10,520 bases of DNA from a bacterium. Lineage in GTDB: Bacteria > SAR324 > NAC60-12. Position 1 is the first letter of the stretch. Each line of letters begins with the position of its first letter. The stretch is taken from the NCBI GenBank assembly GCA_965233585.1, contig CBDDTI010000684.1, positions 1 to 10,520 on the forward strand. Direction: 5' to 3'. The notes below the pieces were generated by a model that saw nothing but the letters and a program-made list of their open reading frames with translations, had not been told where the DNA came from and did not search any database. Below are positions 7,884 through 10,520 of the stretch, one piece after another. The translations under genes and the position numbers were made by a program.

Positions 7884-9340
7884 TCACTCAAAACTGAAGT
7901 TACTTAGCTTCGTTTTAAACTCACCTAATGTTTTAGATACTCTAATATCAGTCGGAAGGCTATTCCACAACGCGGCACCGCTATAAGAGAAACTTTTACG
8001 AACATAATCGGTACGAGGTTGCGGAAGAGCCAGCCTCATTTCACTATTTCGTAATCTATAAATAGTAGTATCATTACGAAAGATGAATTTATTTGATAAA
8101 TAATCAGGTGTCTGTCCATTTAGAATTTTGAACATCATAATGGCTTTGGCAAAAAGCCTCTGATTCCTTAGATTTTTCCAATGAAGTCTACGGAACAGGT
8201 CAGTAGCGCTAGAATCATAAGGGGCGGACAACAATATACGAACCGCACGGTTCTGCAATTTCTGAAGTTTTTCGGCGAGACCTGTACTGCAGCAATCCCA
8301 TACTAAGCTGCAGTAGTCAAACTGGGGCTTTACCCAACCATTGAAGATGTTCAAAAGAGTGTAGAATGGTACAAAATCTCTAATGCGCTTAATTAAGCCT
8401 AAAGCTGAAGAGATTTTCTTACAAACAGTTTCAATGTGGGTTTTCCAGCTTAAGTTTTCATCGATAGATACACCGAGAGATTTTGTTGAAGACACCTGCT
8501 CAATGGGAAAATTATTAATGGTAAGAGACGGATTGTCTGACAAGAAAACTCGCCTTTGCCTTGAAGTTATTACTAGGAATTCGGTCTTAGTCAGGTTCAA
8601 TATGAGTTTTTTGGAAGACAACCAGGTATTAACAGATTTCAAATCCTTGTTGAGATAATCATCAATTTCATTTAAATCTTTGCCAGCGTAAGTAATGCTG
8701 GTATCGTCAGCATACATACGAGGATGAGAAAAATCAAGGCACTGAGGTAAATCATTAATGTAGAGTAAGAATAAAAGCGGGCCCAGAATCAAACTGTGAT
8801 CACTAATACCAACATGAGATACACCCGAAAAGGAGATAAGATCCGGCTGATTGGTGAAAATTAAGTCTATAAGGGACCTAGAAGAAGGTGTAATTCGAGT
8901 TGGTTCAGTGATCAGTTGCTTTAGACCATATACATCCGAAACGTTCACAAGAGCATTAACATTCGCATTATTCTCAGAAAGAAGGTCGCAATTTATATCC
9001 CCCATGAGATAATGCTCGATATTTTCAGTATCTAATTTCCTTAAAAGTATATCAAGATGAGAGAAAAGATCCACTGAAGAGTTAGGGGGTCTATACCAAG
9101 TTGTGATTACAAATGGCTTAGTACTAAGTTTGCGAACTTCAATAGACAGCATTTCGAGACGGTCCATTACCAGGTCCTCCCGCAAAAAATAATTAATATT
9201 AGATCTAATGTAGAAGCAAATGCCACCGCCAGATCTGCCATTGGCTAATCTGTCACGGCGGATAATATTGTAGCCCTCTGCCGTTACCTCATTATCACAA
9301 ATACTGCCATGCCATCGAGTTTAGTTTCATTAATAGCTAA
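7884..9340 (-). pseudogene. LINE ORF2 remnant: APE endonuclease fused in frame to RT palm/thumb and C-terminus
   Basis: Motifs in order: LAINETKLD, RRDR..GGG.CFY, WYRPPNS, MGDINCD, PTRIT, IDLIF, ISDHSLI, then directly LGPLLFLLYINDLP, MYADDT (YADD at 8714-8703), KSLGV.ID, KLQNRA, LWNSLP. A 5-bp duplication (GCCAT x2, 9306-9315) shifts the frame near the 5' end; the frame is otherwise open to the stop at 7884. Confidence 0.93.
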
Positions 9341-9486
9341 CACTGCATGAAATGGCATGTATACGGAGATATAATGAACCCGTATACATAGTGTGTACGG
9401 AAAGGTATACTGATGTATACTGAAGTACACGTATAAGGCCTGTATAATGATCAGTATACGTCTGAATCCTTATACCAATGTATACA
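9341..9486. repeat. GTATAC-rich segment beginning CACTG; possible EnSpm/CACTA-type terminus with subterminal repeats
   Basis: Six exact GTATAC palindromes (9359, 9382, 9405, 9415, 9454, 9480) plus variants. CCTTATACC recurs on both sides of the SINE (9468, 9801). No partner terminus was found in the window. Confidence 0.5.
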
Positions 9487-9785
<299 letters not shown>

Positions 9786-10520
9786 GCCTTGTGGAGATTA
9801 CCTTATACCTTGTGTAAGGGAACCTTATATGAGTTGAAAAAGTAAATTCAACTTGTTTGTTCTTTTGCATCACAAATGAAGGAAAGGAAGGCTCCGGTTG
9901 ATGAAAACAGTGTTGTAATGTAAAATGTACCCTGTGGCAATAAGTGCTTCGTACGGAAGAACTTACTTAGAACTTTCTTGAGTCTTATAAATCTTATCAA
10001 TCTTCACTACAGCTCTTTTGACTCAGGCTATTCATAGTTCTATTTCCTACAGGTGTTTACATTTAAACGCATTTTTGCGTAAAGGTATCAATAAGTTTAC
10101 GATCACTTCCGAGTACTATATTTTATATATACATTCAAAGAGCTAAAAAAATCCGCAGCGGAACATTCCTTACATCTCACCGACCTACGTGGTGGTGCAA
10201 CTCACCAATTTCGCAAAGCTTGAGAGGGGAATGCCCTAGGATCGGTTGTATGGGAGGACTTGCACTGATACCCAAACCCATTTAACGCTGCCGCATATTT
10301 GATGCAAACCTTGGAACCTCCTTGGAGGCCTCTGGCCGATCTTTTAGCTGTTGAGGTTGAATGTTGCAAAATCTATTTATATAGACCGATTAGTGGATTT
10401 CCATCATTGTGGTTACCGCTGTTAATCCGAACGTATCAGCGCATGCGTGATTGTAAAGAGCGCCTTAAACGAAATTTACCAATATTTTTTTCCAGTCTGG
10501 TTGTCAGTAAAATCAGTAGT

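Larger units (their letters stand above)
7658..9343 (-). mobile_element. CR1/L2-group non-LTR retrotransposon, 5'-incomplete and internally deleted, with intact 3' end
   Basis: APE-endonuclease and RT motifs; a ~200-nt T-rich 3' UTR bracketed by complementary ACACGG/CCGTGT (7871-7876, 7691-7696); AATAAA at 7687-7682; (ATCT)n tail at 7678-7658. Confidence 0.95.

Noticed and set aside
8383..8658. 91-aa plus-strand ORF
   Set aside because: Antisense shadow of the LINE RT frame.
10150..10375. GC-richer exon-like block (minus-strand open frame ending at a GTGAGT donor)
   Set aside because: Only about 56 codons, a weak acceptor and no recognisable protein similarity.
10379..10520. Possible transposon start (ATAGACC...GCGCATGCG)
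   Set aside because: Runs off the window; no partner end is available to confirm it.

Overview
AT-rich, repeat-saturated eukaryotic DNA with no convincing intact host gene. The repeat families look anthozoan/coral-like (inference from recognition, not a search). Left to right: a decayed SGNH/GDSL-hydrolase ORF (retroelement accessory type), a scrap of an R4/Dong-like LINE, a decamer repeat array, a ~310-bp element ending in a long hairpin, a CpG/E-box-rich promoter-like patch, an old tRNA-SINE, and two diverged inverted copies of one repeat. The left copy is interrupted by a second hairpin-ended element whose hairpin is the centre of a near-perfect 650-bp palindrome. A 190-bp MITE, a CR1/L2-group LINE with an in-frame deletion fusing endonuclease to the RT C-terminal half, and a well-preserved tRNA-SINE nested in a GTATAC-rich repeat follow. 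Most interesting: the two hairpins have different sequences but the same strand-specific design (GAA triloop and tandem GA/GA mismatches on the minus strand). One appears to have self-primed and copied 250 bp of flanking DNA into its own element.
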